This document shows positions 41,407 through 55,634 of a DNA stretch of 64,000 bases, piece after piece. The notes under the pieces are model-generated. The model was not told the DNA's origin. It ran no database searches and worked only from the letters and a program-made list of their open reading frames with translations. Within the stretch, counting starts at the first letter, position 1. Each line of letters starts with the position of its first letter. The position numbers were made by a program, and so were the translations under genes. The DNA is from Lytechinus pictus (lineage: Eukaryota), in the NCBI RefSeq assembly GCF_037042905.1, contig NC_087262.1, forward strand, positions 5,766,001 through 5,830,000, read 5' to 3'.

Positions 41407-41833
41407 AGACACCGTTCTCATTACACTTTCTAAAGCCAGTTAAACGGAAATCGGTTCAGGAAACCAGTTTGGACGATCGCTCTGCTAGCGTTCCCATTTG
41501 ATCAGCCGAAAGTGGTTCTCAAAACCACTTCACGTAAAGTGGTCTTGTTACTATAGGAACGCTCTCAGTGGGGGTCACATGTTTTGCGCGAAATTGAAAC
41601 AGCAGCGTATGCATTCTACACACAGTGTATCAGTGTATGGAGTAGCGTGCTCAAACTGTGCGAAGAACGGTTGTGTCCTCACTTACGCCAAAACCAGTTT
41701 AACTAGGCAAAGCGATCTTGAAAACTACATCGCAAGGTGGTTTTATGAACCGCTTTGGAAGATTGCTTCCAAGACCGCTTTGACTGCTAGTTTCCACTAA
41801 ACTAGTTTTAGGACGGTAATGAGAACGGGGTCT
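41407..41833. mobile_element. MITE (agacaccgttctcattac / gtaatgagaacggggtct)
   Basis: TIRs and internal aaacc/ggttt subrepeats. Confidence 0.82.
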
Positions 41834-42057
41834 TGGTCTCTATTCCCCTTTCTTTCTCCCCATTTCTCCATCTTCATTATGTCTTTCTCACCCCAGTATT
41901 ACTGTGTGAAGGACCTGAATAATTGATACAGACTTTTTCTCACTTTCCATTTACTCTACCACATCTGCTCCACACCTTCTTCAGAACTTGGCTCCCTCCT
42001 TTCTAATTGCCCTATCAACTATGTCTTTTCGGGGTAGCTGGAGGGTATAAACCCAAT

Positions 42058-42375
42058 GGCCCGTATTCTGAACTCGGGGTTAAACTAAGCCCTGGTTTAA
42101 AGTTGTGGTTTAACTATGGAGAGCCAATGGGGGCACAAATCCATAACAATACAATCCAATTTATCAACTCATTTGACACCCAAATTGTTCATAATTGTCA
42201 AGGAATGATAACTGAAGTATTTTGAAGTATTATTCCTCATTATGAAAGCAAAATGAAACAAAATAGTAAACATAAGAATACAATATGAACATAATTTTTT
42301 GACTTTTGGCTCCCCATAACTTGAGCACAGAGTTAGACCATGGTCTAAGTTAAACCTGACTTCAGAATACGGGCC
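42058..42375. mobile_element. MITE (ggcccgtattctgaa / ttcagaatacgggcc)
   Basis: Perfect 15-bp TIR. Confidence 0.85.
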
Positions 42376-43200
42376 CATGTCAACAAGCTAATTTCTGATT
42401 TTCCATTTTACTTTATATATATCTGGGACCAGGATTGTGATCATCAGCCCCTTTAACCTTTATAAAAGCACAGAATATGAACATTAACATCTTCTAGGGT
42501 TTTTTAAATAAATATGAAGGCCTTTTTAATCTATTACTTTTTTTTTGGTTTGAATTAAAAATGGATAAGTTTGTTGTAAAATCCCGAGAAGTAAGTATGT
42601 ATAGGTTATTCAGTATCTTTTTTTCTAAAAAAGCAAAACAAAACTATCAACTTAGAAATTTCTTAGAATGAATTTCTAGTATTCTGGTGTATTACAATTT
42701 TTCTTCATATAAAAAATTGATAGAAAGAAATATATATTTTTTTAAAACTTTTTTATTATTTTTCATCTTGTTATTGCAGTATTGCCAGCATGGAGAAATC
42801 AGTGAAATCATTTAGCTCAAGTTTTTTTTTAAATTGTAAACAGAAAATTAAGACTTATTGTATTGATAATATCATTTTGATTGTAGTGGTTACCCAATTA
42901 TATGTATAAGAATTAAGATATGTGTATAAAAAGATAAAGCATATTTTAAAATGCAATTTTGCTTTCTGTTTGGCAGTGGTGGACCTCCCTAAAAAAAGTG
43001 AGTGAAAAATTATGAGATCGTGAATTCATTAGGTGTATGTCTTGGTAAAAAAGAAAGATTAACATGGGAATTATGGATGGGTACACTAGTATATGGAAAT
43101 TTTCATCCAAGAAACATGATGCATTGACGTTAAAAAAAGCTGTTTTCAAAGAAATGTTTTCACGCTGTCTTTTCTCGTAGGTGATCCCAGCCGATATCTA

Positions 43201-43329
43201 GGGGTGTATTTCATGAAACAAATAGTTGGTGAACTTCACTGACTATTGTTATAAGCTTCTGAAATCCTTGCATCTGATTGGCTGAGAGCAAATTAGTCAG
43301 TGACAAAACTTTTTGTGAAATGCTCCCCC
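43201..43329. mobile_element. Short MITE family F (related pieces ~3750-3868, 10466-10600, 12775-12880)
   Basis: Shared gaaatccttgcatctgattggc core and ggg..tttcatgaa termini. Confidence 0.7.
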
Positions 43330-46300
43330 GATCAAAACTGCGGAGTAGTGTCGCCTCTTAACCATCAAATACAATTTGATGATAGTATAACATAGATTCC
43401 AGCCCAAGTTATCTTTAGTGTAGTGTTAGATGGGTTAAATGAACATGACTAAGGTGTCGGTGTGTTCAAACGATTTCAATTTCTATGGTTCTGGCAATAT
43501 TTCCCAAATCCATTTGGTTTTTCCTTCTCATGTGAGAAAAGCTTTCTTTAATAGTCATTGAACAAAAATTTGCTTGAGCGAAACTCTTTACTCAGCTCTA
43601 AACTTAAAGTAATTTTAAACTGTGAATTACGGTTGAAAAAAGGAGAAAAAAGAACCTGTAACTTAATCCACAGATTTCACTGCATTGTTTTCCTGTTGCG
43701 TCTAGGTGTCTCTTATATGTAAATTGTAAATATTTCATTACTCATCTGCAAATAACACTTCGCTTTCTCGACATTTCCTGTAATGACACGATTAGTTGCA
43801 AATTCAACTGATAGTGATATATTTATCGAATTGGTACTTGTGGCTTTTTAAATGTATGGTGTATCTGAGCTCAAAGGTATCTTGATACACATTATTGTGA
43901 AGGAGTGGTGTTATTATAAACAAACTTTCCATTAACATATGTGTACATGATTATGTTAAGTAGAAAGGAACTTGCTAAGAAATTTTTGAGTTGCTGTGAA
44001 AACTAATATCTGAATACAAATATAACTGATTAACTCTTGAAAATTCAATTAACTCTTGAAAATTCAATTAACTGCAGTTCTACATGTACCTAATGTTCAG
44101 TGATTCAGCCGGGATTGAATGTAAATGAGTTACTCTTTAATGTTGAATAATGCTGACGAATCGGTGTATAGATGTCGGGCTTTCTTGCGTTGGATTAGCT
44201 TCAACCTAATGATGACATCAGTAAACCACAAATCCCTCGGGAGGTAATAGATAGGGGTACACGGTGACCCCCCTCGTGGTACCCTGGATCCAATTAGCGA
44301 TGCATGATAATACCTCCATTTCCCTGGAAATGGTTTTCTCCCGATACGGTCTTGCTATCCCCATTAGAAACATTATAGGTGAGGGGGGGAAAATGATCTC
44401 GTGGCCGCGGGCGATATGAGGGTCCATCCGTGTTTACTGTTCTAATGCAACGCTGCTCGGATACATGTTTCTTGACACTGGTTCGGTTCTTCCTACTTCC
44501 TGGTTTATTTACTCAGGACATATCTTGCCTTTCCAATATTTGATCTCGTTAAACGACTCCACTGCTTGTGACCGTGTTGCAGTCTTAAAAGGGCAATTGA
44601 GGAATTCACCTGCTGGAAATCGTGAATATGTGATCGGCCAGAGTCCTTTCAAAATGATGTTAAAACTTAGTTAAAGTGGCGAAATATTCACATTATCAAC
44701 AGTACCAAATTTACAGCTATTGAAATGAATATTTTGCATTGTTTTATTTACATCATTTGGTTGTGAAGGAGACTTTGGGTTCCATATAAAGAAACCACAC
44801 CCTCTGATACTAAATTTTATATGCATTATAAATTCTTCTTGCTAAACGGATGATTTTAGAACTATATTTGAAGCTTAAAATTTGTGTTGATAGTTAAATT
44901 GAATTTTTTTTTTCAGTTAATAGACAATGTTGACTTATTCTTCATTCATAAGAGGAATAGTAAATTAGCATAAATTGGCCCATTTTTTAAGTAGAATAAA
45001 ATGGGTTTTTTGATAGAAAATGTGAAACTAATGAGAAATATTGAGTGGAGTACGCAACAGAATGCAAATGTAAATAGAACCCTTTCCTTGTTTGCTGATC
45101 AACCTCGGGGACTGGTTTCACAGACTTTTATGATTCTTACTTTGTGAACATCCCGTAGAAATGTATGTTCATTCCATAAACACACTTCTATTGGTTGTTC
45201 AGGAAGTTTGATTGATGATGGTTTTGAGTAACCAGCCCCCAATCCAGTAATAAAAGCATATGAAACCATATTACTGAAAAGGCTGTGTGAAATGTTTAAT
45301 CCCCTCTCCTTTTGCAACAGTACAGGGCCCGGTATCACAAAACTTAGCGATCGATCGTGGGGGCTGGTTTTCACGATTGATCATGCACAATAACCAATAC
45401 AACCAGTTGTAGAAATTAGCCCCATGATCAATTGCTACATTGTAAGTGTTGTGTTACCGGGCCCGAATGCTAATACTAACATAGAGTAGGAAAGTTGTTT
45501 GGGGTGACTGCATCTTGTTCCTTTCCTCAATACCATTATAACCCATCCCTTAATTAACTCATCGAACTAACCTCCAAAAATCCCAGCATTTTTATCTGCC
45601 CCACCCCCATTATAATCTTCTATACCAACCCAAGAGGTGTTTCACAAAGATTTAAAAATTGTACCTAAAGTCATGCTTAACTGTTAATGTCGATACGCTC
45701 CCCAAGGAGTGGAGAAAGGGCGTGCATTGTGTGCAGGCATTCCGGGATCTGATGACCGGGGTGATAATAATTACATTGTAAAGCGCTTAGAAACACAAAG
45801 TATTGAGCGCTATATAAATGTCACTGTAATTATTACAATACTTTACAGACAAACCCATTGGCTGACTACCAAAATTATGCATGTCCCATTTGTATGATTT
45901 GAGTCATTTTTTTATTGTATCACATGCAACTGTGAAGATAGGTATGACTTAAGGTTCATCCAGAAATCTTTGTGAAACACCCCCCTTTTATGCATTTTGC
46001 TAATCCTTATCTAATCCTTATTACCATTCTTTGACAAAGTCATTTAATCACATGTTTTCTGAAAATAATATTTGTATCTCGCTGCATTTGGAGTGTGTCA
46101 TCTTTCAGTATTCATCTTGTTTGACTGAATTTATCTTGATTAATGTTTGATGCATTTGCCACTAGAATGAAATGAAATTTTAATAGTTTGGATTTTATTA
46201 ATTCTTCTTTTGATGTATTTAATAACTTTTGAATACTAAATTACTGAATTTTATAGTATATAATTGTATATACATGTATATATTTCATACTATATTTGAT

Positions 46301-48504
46301 ATATTTTATCAGTAAATGGACAAAAGATAACAAGGTGTCACATGTTGGAATATATTTAAATTCTCATGATTATTATATATAAATATACCATTTATTGCAT
46401 ATTTACTAAATTCATATCTATTTAATTTTTACATTTGTCCCATAAAATATCCCGAAGGATCCATGTTTTATATCGAGATATGGCCAGATAGAAGATTTTT
46501 GAAAATTTGGGGGTCTTTTATAAGAAGGAGGAGCTCTTCAATGCAAGCCATGTTAGAAGCATGCTAATCATGCATTTTATTGAAAGTCAAAATGATTATG
46601 ATTTCATTATTTTTTTGTCGTGCTTGTCATTTATTAAAGATCTGCATTCATTTTAGAAGAAGTTTCATTCTGACACCACGCACTGAATTCATTGCATGAT
46701 GCGTGAATGCACAGTGCGCTTTGATCATGTAGACAGCGCACTTTGCATGATCATCGCATGGTTTCATGCCACCCTTCTACCAATCGACACACCCGCCACG
46801 CCCCATGAGTGCCACTCCCATCAGTGCCACGCCTATCAGATACACGCCCATTGGTATCTGTTTTTACACTCCCACCAGTGAGCACTATTAGGACAGTTTG
46901 AAATTGTCTTTATCAAAATTTTAATATTGATCAAAAGAAAACAAAAAGCGAATACTAAATATTCAAGGGACGAAAAAGCAATAATTTAGAGAGAATCAAA
47001 CATTTTTTAAAGTCGTCTGTCAATGATTTCATCTTGACAGAATAAAAAACTCTTTCACCAAAATGAATATAGTTAGTATAATATCCAAGTCCTTTGGAAG
47101 CGCATAGAGACGTTATTCATTATGTGTTATGCGCTATACAAGAACTGACTATTATTATTATTATTATAAACCAAATTTCACTTCAGTAATATCCAAAGTC
47201 CTTTGAAGCTTATACAAATACATGTATTAGCTCATTAAAATGATATACACCTTAAGAGATTTTACTACTCTTAGAATTTAATCTCATCTTATTCAACTCT
47301 TAGATATTTAATGAATCATATTTAATTTTGACAAATTTACCCCTGAATATTACTGCAGGAACATACAATCAAGTGCTCATTGATTGCAAAATATTTTTAG
47401 ATAAAGAGTAAATGAAGAAAAAATTAAATTTTATTCTGATGCATACCAGAATGGGATGATGTCTGGGAACCGTTTCAAAAAGCTGTTCATACATAAACTA
47501 TAAACGACTTTACTGACCGTCGATGAACCGTTCTTGTCTATTTGAAGCCCAAAATTTCCGTCTTTTGGATTTCTTAAAACCTTGATAAAGTTTTGAAAAT
47601 TATTAAATTTCCATTCAGATGCTTGTTGATAATTAGAATTTTAATCCACATAGATTGAATTTTAATCCGCATAGATGGATTTTTATTTGAGCTTATGGGA
47701 ATCAAAATGATTGAGAAACTGATTTGCACTCTAGAAAGGATCACCAGTTGTTCATTAAGTCGTTCGCAACCTGCAAACAGCTTTGTGGAACACCACCTAA
47801 GGACCAGTTTACACAAAGCCTTGTGATTGATCATAGGGCTGATTTTTTTATGCTTGATTGCATTGATAATGATATACAATCAATCCCAAAGTCAATTGTA
47901 TAATTGCCAGGCTTTGTGCTACTTGCCCCAGGTGGCTGTTTTTATAAAGCTGTTAGTAAGTTATGAGCTGCTTTAAAAATGACTGGTGAACCTTTCTTAG
48001 GAACTTAATCAATACCTCTGAAAATCTGGGCCCCGTCATACAAAGAGTTGATCCAATTAATCGTAACTCTATGGAAATCCATTAGTGTCATAATGTTTTC
48101 TATATTTTCTAATTTGCACAATGTCCTTTGTAAACAAAGAGAAGCACAGTGAATTTTCAAGAAAACAATGAGTGCATGAAATACGCATCATAGTTTGAAA
48201 ATAATTTGAACAAAAATGCACAATAGATGTTGACGTTGCTGGCCATCCATAGATGCGATTGATTGGATCAATTGCAACTCTTTGTAAGACGTGCCCCTGG
48301 TGTATAGCGTCAACATCAAGAAAGGATCACCGATCATTCGTAAAGTCGCTCGTAGGTCGTGAACAGCTTTATGAAACGCCCACCGGGTGTGTTTTTGAGG
48401 TGGAAGGGTGGCATGAAGTGTATTTTTCTCTCTTTATTTTTGAGAGGAGTTGATGTATGTTTAATGGTTGATCACAATGCCTCCTACCATGTGTGTGTTT
48501 TCAG

Positions 48505-48534
48505 ATTCTACCACAGAGACTAATGCAGATCCAG
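48505..48534 (+). CDS. PPP3CA: Candidate 30-nt microexon (DSTTETNADP)
   Basis: gttttcag acceptor, CAG|gtaaga donor, phase 1-1, in frame. YCAY cluster downstream. Confidence 0.72.
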
Positions 48535-51500
48535 GTAAGACGGAGAGCAACGTAACCCCCCCCCCCACCCCCCCCCACCCCCAACACCCCTCTTTGCCAT
48601 CTTCATCCATCCCCTCATCTCATCCGTCCATCTCTTATTCTTCCCTCTTTCTTACATTCCCCTTTCCTGTATCCCATTCTTTCCCCCTATCTTCACTCCT
48701 GTCTCTCCTGTTAAGTATTTGGGCTGATCGGGCACTTTCTATTAACGGTTATAGTCTCTATTATTCTTTAATATTGGCCTTTCATTCATTAATCTTTCAT
48801 CCATTGTGCCTATCTATTCGCCAACTCTTCTCTCTATACTTCTATGGGTATAAGGGCACTTTCCATTAGATACAGCTTTATATCTCTAATATATATATTT
48901 CTCTTAATTCAAAACTTTCATGGATTTTTGCTTCCTTCTGTCTATACCTAACTACCCCTTGGTATTATTATTTTTTTATTGAAATCATAGGAACATCAAT
49001 GTGGTTAACATTCCTTTTAGTTAGTTCTTTTATTTAAATTTTGACCTTTATTCTTTTGATCTTTTTTATTTATTTTTTACCCTCAAATTTTGTTTTTCTG
49101 TAATAGTTTCTGTCCACCTTTTCTCTCTCGCCTTTTGGTAATAGGCATTTTATTTATATATATATATTTTAAAATTGAAATCCCCTTCTCTTTGTTTCTG
49201 GCTTTGGGCACTTAAGTATAGGTACTTCATTATTTCTCCTTATTTTTATGACCTTTTCAATACTTTTTTCCTACTTCCTCATATCATTCATTTTCTGTCG
49301 ACTCACCATTCAACCATCCCCCATCTCTCTTCCTATTTTTGTTTTTGTTTTGGAAACCGAGCACTCTCTCTCTCTCTCTCTCCCTCCCTCTCGAACATGT
49401 AGGTATAGATTCCTTTATAATCAACTTTACAGAGGCAAGAATGGTTTGTTTAAAAAAATAAAATATCAACATTGTAACTTTTCTAATTTTTCATAAAAGA
49501 AGAATTAAAAAAAAAACTTCAATGAACTGATAACTGTTTTCATATATAATTTCTTAGTTTAAGTTCAGATAACTTAAGGTGGGCCTCCATCAAGCATCTT
49601 TGATTTATGATTTGAAGCATTGCCCTACCTGATCCCCTTCCCCCCCCCCCCCGGCCCATAAAGAAAATGAACAAATGAAAAGTGGAAAACATTTCTGCGT
49701 TTAATTCATTTTATTTTCTTTAAAACATTCATTAATTTTAAAATTTTCTTTTTAAAAACTTTTTAGCTACAATATGTTTTTCTTTTACAAATCTTTTGTC
49801 TCATTCTCCCTTCAAAAATTCTTAACTCCTATTCTGTTCTATTCTAGGTTCTAATCATATAATCAAATCTTTCCATATATGTATCAACTAATTATTGTCA
49901 AGTGTATGAATACAATACTAAATCCATGTGCTCTCTCTATGTGGCTGTAACAGTAATATACAAACATGTATATTCTCTTTGTTATACTTTCTATCTATTC
50001 CATGGGATTTATAAAGATTACATAATAATGCATGTGGTACTATCATACTTCTGACAGGTTGTTTTGTAATCAATGTATTGTCTTTATTATTAAGAGCTTT
50101 ATGCTATTATGCTCCAAAGGTGCATATTTTCTTTCAAGATTGTTCATCTGAAGGTTCTAAAAGGCAGAGTAGGTATTTTGCAGCAAAACAGTGGACTTGG
50201 CAGAAAATGTATTAAAGTAATTTAAGGTCACATACAAATAATTTTGAAGACACAATGTGGCATAATTATTCGAATCTACTGTTTGATTGAAAACCCATCC
50301 ATTCCACCATTCATAGAAAGAAAATCTTTCAAAAACGTGACTATTACTATGAAAAAATTATTTCTTCGGCAAAAATTAATCTGTTGCTGATGAAAAAGTA
50401 TTTATGAAATGCACAGCCTTTTGAAAGAAGTAAAATTTTCAAGGCATTCTGTTCTGAGTATGAGTATAGTGTTCATCGATGAAATACTTTGGTGGAATTT
50501 GTTACCCGTCATGGGGTAGGGGGTTAACAGAAATATTCCGCTTCCGTTAGTTTTTGTTAACGTTATTATTGAATGAGAAAAGTTTTTCAGGTACTTCACA
50601 AAAAGGTGGCCATTCATCTGGATTTACTTTAACTGATAGGAGTTAATATGAAAATATGTTCCATGTATGCATTATATTCTATGTCCTTTTTTAATACTCT
50701 AGTAGATAAATTGTTTGTTTTTTAATGTTTGTTCATGTATAATCTACAAAGCAGTGTTCATTAGCCAGAAAGTGTTAGTATACAGATTAAGTATGTGTGG
50801 GTCTTGTATATATTTTAAAGTATTGTGAATGATTAAAATCAATTTCAATTTGAGTCTTTTCCCCAACTCTTTACTTTAAAAGAGAGTTTGAGAGAAATTT
50901 CAAGTTGAAGTTGATATTAATCAATCGCTAGTCATAATAAGTGGGACGGGACCCTGTTTTTTTTTAACCTAAAAAAGTACCCGTTGTAATTAATTATTCA
51001 CTGTTTTTTTTCTAACAATAAGTTATGTATATAGTAACTTCCTTGAAGGCAATTGTATTGATGTTTAGCTTCCAACATTAGTGTCATTGTTATTTTCTAA
51101 TAATATCACTATTTTGTTTCTAATCTCTGTAACCAGTGATTAAAAAAAAAGGATATATATGCTCAACTTTTTTGGCCCAAATTTACACGGGGTTTAAAAT
51201 ATGTTTAAATCCTTTCTTTATTGTGTATGACTGCTGATATATAAGTAAAATGTATTTTTGGATAAAACACTTTGTAAGGAAGCATGAATGCAAAGTTATT
51301 CAGGATCGCTATTCAATTCACATTTTGTTTATGCCATTCTCGAGTATTACGCAAAGTGAACAAAAGCATTGCGTTAAACTTGCATTATCATTATCCTTTA
51401 AAAGTTGAGCATAATATCACGTCGTTGATTGTTATTAAGTTGTTGATTCTGGCGTCAAAAAGATTTTTGCGTCGAATCATACCCAAACATCGCATTTAAA

Positions 51501-51550
51501 CTCTGTGAGCACATGACTAATAATGTTTCTTTTCTATCTTTCATGATCAG

Positions 51551-51562
51551 ATGAGGGGGCAA
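51551..51562 (+). CDS. PPP3CA: Candidate 12-nt microexon (DEGA)
   Basis: tgactaat branch point at 51514, tttcttttctatctttc tract, tcag acceptor, gtaagt donor, phase 1-1. Confidence 0.68.
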
Positions 51563-51890
51563 GTAAGTCTGAAGGTTTCCAAATGTTCCTTAGAAAGTTT
51601 AGCTGTATACTCCCCCCACTCCTACATGTTGCATTTATTGTAATCCACATGATTATCACATGGGATGAGAAACAAGTAAACCCCTTTAAGTATTGTTCAC
51701 TGAATTTTGTTAAACCTCTCCCAGGTATTAGATATGTCTGAACCACATACTACTGCACTATTCAATGCATATTCAACATTTCCCAGCCGAGGCAAAAGGA
51801 ATTTATAGAAGAAGTAGAATTAAAATAAACTTCCACAAATTATTGAAATTCCAAAAACAGTTACGAATGCACCTTGAATACATATGTATA

Positions 51891-52111
51891 TACACTCTAA
51901 ATTCCAAGGATATGAAGTAAATCCAGATTGGCTATGAATGGTTGGATTTATTTTTAATCTTTAGGATTAACTTTTAGATCTCAAATGATATAAATTCAAA
52001 TCTTTTAGCTTTATGTTTAAATCCTAATGGTTTAAATCTAAATCTAACTTTCGCCTGGTCACTATTCACAGCCGATCTGGATTTATTTTAATCCTTGGAA
52101 TTTGGAGTGTA
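51891..52111. mobile_element. MITE (tacactctaaattccaaggat / atccttggaatttggagtgta)
   Basis: 21-bp TIR with one mismatch. Confidence 0.8.
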
Positions 52112-53496
52112 GCACACAACTTTGCACAGGGGATGTATTTACTCTATTAAGATAATATTTATAATAAAAAGCTAATTTGATCACGGGATAAAAGTCAAAT
52201 TGGCAACAGCTACCCAAATTTGGTTTGCTTCTTCAGCTTAGTTTTTCCAGCTTTTATACAGTGATTGTTCTATCCATTGCTAGGCTGTTGAATGAGATTG
52301 ACTGGGTGTTTTTTTACGAAATGGTTATTCAGGAAAATTTTTAATTGGCAAAAATTGGATAGTTTGAGACAAAACAAAGATTTGACAAAATTGGATTCAA
52401 TCGTCCTTTTTATCTTCCATGATTAGACCAAGAGCGATTTCATCCCTGTCTCTGGTAATCAAATTAAAGTGATTTCGATCAAATGAGTTAATGGCTTGAT
52501 ATTTTTGTGATGCCTCCACTGTGGGTCAATCCAAAAATTATAGGTTCTTTTTCAAAACTTATAAAAAAGATAGAAATTGAGTGTAATAGATCATCAAATT
52601 GAGAAACTTTTAAAATAGGACATGCACAAACATGTATGGATAACTGTAGTACTCTAGCTGCACTCAAACACTTTATATATATTTTTATATATTTATAATC
52701 AACACGTGTTATTATGATTGTTAGTTTCATAATGGAATTGATACTTTTTACATTCTCTTATATATACTTGCTTAAAAGTCTGATAACCCCATGTCCTATC
52801 CCTGATATGTATTTAGAAATTCCAAAGTGTCTGGTCCTTAAAATGTTTGTACAAAATTAGAGAAATTATCATTTCAAATATGCTGCCAATTTGAAAAAAA
52901 ATGTTAAAAAATTATGTTTCTATGAGTAAATTAGAATCCTTATTTATATTAGATTTCACAGATACCTTCCCGTTACCCTGTTAATTAATGGTGTCATAAG
53001 TGTTTGTTGTTATATCTGTTAAAAAACCCTCCTTTGTTTGAAAGCAATTTTGATTAGACTCCTGTAAATGTTTTTATTCCACTTTTAGTGCGGATTGTAT
53101 TAAGTAGATGTTCCTGATCAGGGCGTAGATTTACTAGATGTTCCTGCTATAAAAAATGAATATGTATGTTTAGATTTTTTTTATAGCTCTTTGAGAAGTA
53201 TTTGAACCTGATATATTGAAAAATTTCAAATGTCAAAAAGTTCGTATTTAATTTGCATTAATGACAGACAATACACAAGTATTAGTTTGGCATTCGCTAT
53301 GTTTCACATATAGACCTTCGCACGTACGCAGAATAAAAGTCTCTGAAAAACACCAATGAGGTATACAGGCTTAGCAACAGAGTAGGTCTTCCCAAGAATA
53401 AAGTAACAAAATTATTACTTTTCATAGTTTTAAAAAGCATTCAAAAGATTTCCTGTTTTTAATAATTGATTCATGGATTTGGGGGAGTATGCTCAT

Positions 53497-53897
53497 TGGG
53501 TCAGATGCATAAATAGCAGCGATTGCTGGCAAGCAATTGCTTCGAGCAAGCAATAGCTAGCCAAGCAAAAGATCATGCTTCAGCAATTACTTTATTTCAT
53601 TTGCATAACCCTTTGCTAGTGCTTGAACCCTTTTCTTGCCTTCACAAGGCACTTGCTTGCTAATAAAAGGAGTAGTAAGTGCAAACCAAATGCAAACTAT
53701 TAAATATCATTAATTAAAAATGAGTTAAAGGAATAGTTTCACATCACATCAGACATGAAAAGATGTTAACTTGAGAGAAGCATTTTTTTTTCCACTGCCG
53801 TCCCGTTGCATTCGAGTCCCTCCTTTGTGAAGTCACCAATGTGACGTCTCTATTGTTCAAACCGCTAGCAATTGCTCCTTTTTATGCATCTGACCCA
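53497..53897. mobile_element. MITE (tgggtcagatgcataaa / tttatgcatctgaccca)
   Basis: Perfect 17-bp TIR. Confidence 0.83.
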
Positions 53898-55634
53898 TTA
53901 TCTGTTTTAAACCATTTGAATATCACCCAGGAGCCTGTTTCATAAAACATTTGCCCTAAAAAAACTCTAGCAAATTTACAAAAACCGTGGCAAACAAAAT
54001 TATGTCATTGACAATAACACCTTGAAGAACGGTTTAAAAATTGCCAGAGTTTTTTTATCCAACAGGCCCCAGATATGTAAGTGGTTGTGGTTCGGTAGCT
54101 CGTCTTCTACCATTATGAAAATTACCCATTTTATTTAGTTTGTGCTGTAAGTTTCTGGGAGTAACATTAGTTCTGCTATTGTACTACATGAGGTAGCCAA
54201 GTGTATAAGTTTAATAGAGCAATAGAATATTAGAAGTTGTATTTGTGTAGTGCAAAATCCCCCCCCCCCCTGGAAATAAATTTCAATAATATGTAAAAGG
54301 TTGGTGCTGAGACTTTTTGGTGATTTTCAGGTTGTGTGGAACATATTGTCTAAATAGATGTTCGCTGGAATACAGAGTTTAAAAAATGTTTGAAACGCAC
54401 ATGTGCATAGATTATGAGATATTTTAGCTATTTTGTTATGTCAGAACTCAGAAAACATAAATAGTACTTATGAACTTAGACAAAATATTGTTAGTTGCAG
54501 TAGACAAATATGTATCGGTTACTTTTGTTACTGATTTTAGTACAATTTGGTGGTTAGTATGTTCCATTCAGTCACATTTCATGTAATTCTGCAAATTCGG
54601 AAACTTAAGACAGAATTGCAGTTTTTGTTTTGCTATTGTTACAAATAAGTAAATTGCAAAAAAAGTTAGAAATGAATAAGAATTTTTTTATGAATAGATA
54701 AAATGGCAGTTGTTTATTATTTGGTTATGAAGTAACTGCCTCTTAAAGTCAGTTTAATTGAAATTGCTGCATTTCCTTTATGATTTTAGACAAAAACAAC
54801 ACTGGTTTAGTAATAATAATTTTCTAATTATGGTTAATATATTAATAGAATTGTTAAGTATTGATGGGCTGTACGAAAGATGTTACTTGGTAACTACCTT
54901 TTATTTAAGCCAGCTTTTTGCAATTCTGCAGTTTGTGTCACTTGAGACAGAATTGCTGCTTTTGCTTTGCTATTGTTTTAACAATTCTGTGTGTGCATTG
55001 GCTGTCTGTCACACGTATGTCACATGTCTGTTACACTGTTAACTATTCATGCTTGGCTGGTCTTTGTCTCCGCATTCACCTTATAAATGTACCTCTTCCC
55101 CTGTTGTATGCAATATCCAAGTGTCGTCCAAGTATTTGTCTAAATAGTTCAATTTTTGTTGTTGTTGTTGTCTTGCCAATTTGATTATATCTTGTGTTTA
55201 TTGACTTGATGGCTGTTGTGTAAATATGTTTCTGATATGACATAACTAATGTCTCGTGTTTTTTTTTTCAAATTCCTTTGAATCATTTCACGCAAACAAT
55301 ACACTGTGCAACTCCTTCTTGTATGAGGTAAATGGGATTTCAGCATCTTTTTCAAACAGAATTATTCATTTGTCTGATCAATCGCTATTTATATATATAT
55401 GCACTGTATATCTATATTGATATTCATTTATTTGTAAAGCACATTAGAACCTGTTTTCTCTCACTTTCAATATATATCTTTCCTTCATACAGTGCCCAGA
55501 TAGCCCGCCCTTTTCCTTCCGCCCCAACCCCAACTTTCAGTTCTCTCCCCTCACTTCATCTAGTCACATTCTTTTGTGTTCACACTCTCTTTTAAACCTC
55601 ACATTCTGTACACTTTATATCTTTTAAAACTCAG

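Noticed and set aside
43181-43228. 48-nt in-frame segment after a good acceptor (ctcgtag)
   Set aside because: Donor gtgaac is weak and most of the segment is MITE sequence.
49848-49880. 33-nt in-frame segment after ttctag
   Set aside because: Donor TAT|gtatca is too weak.
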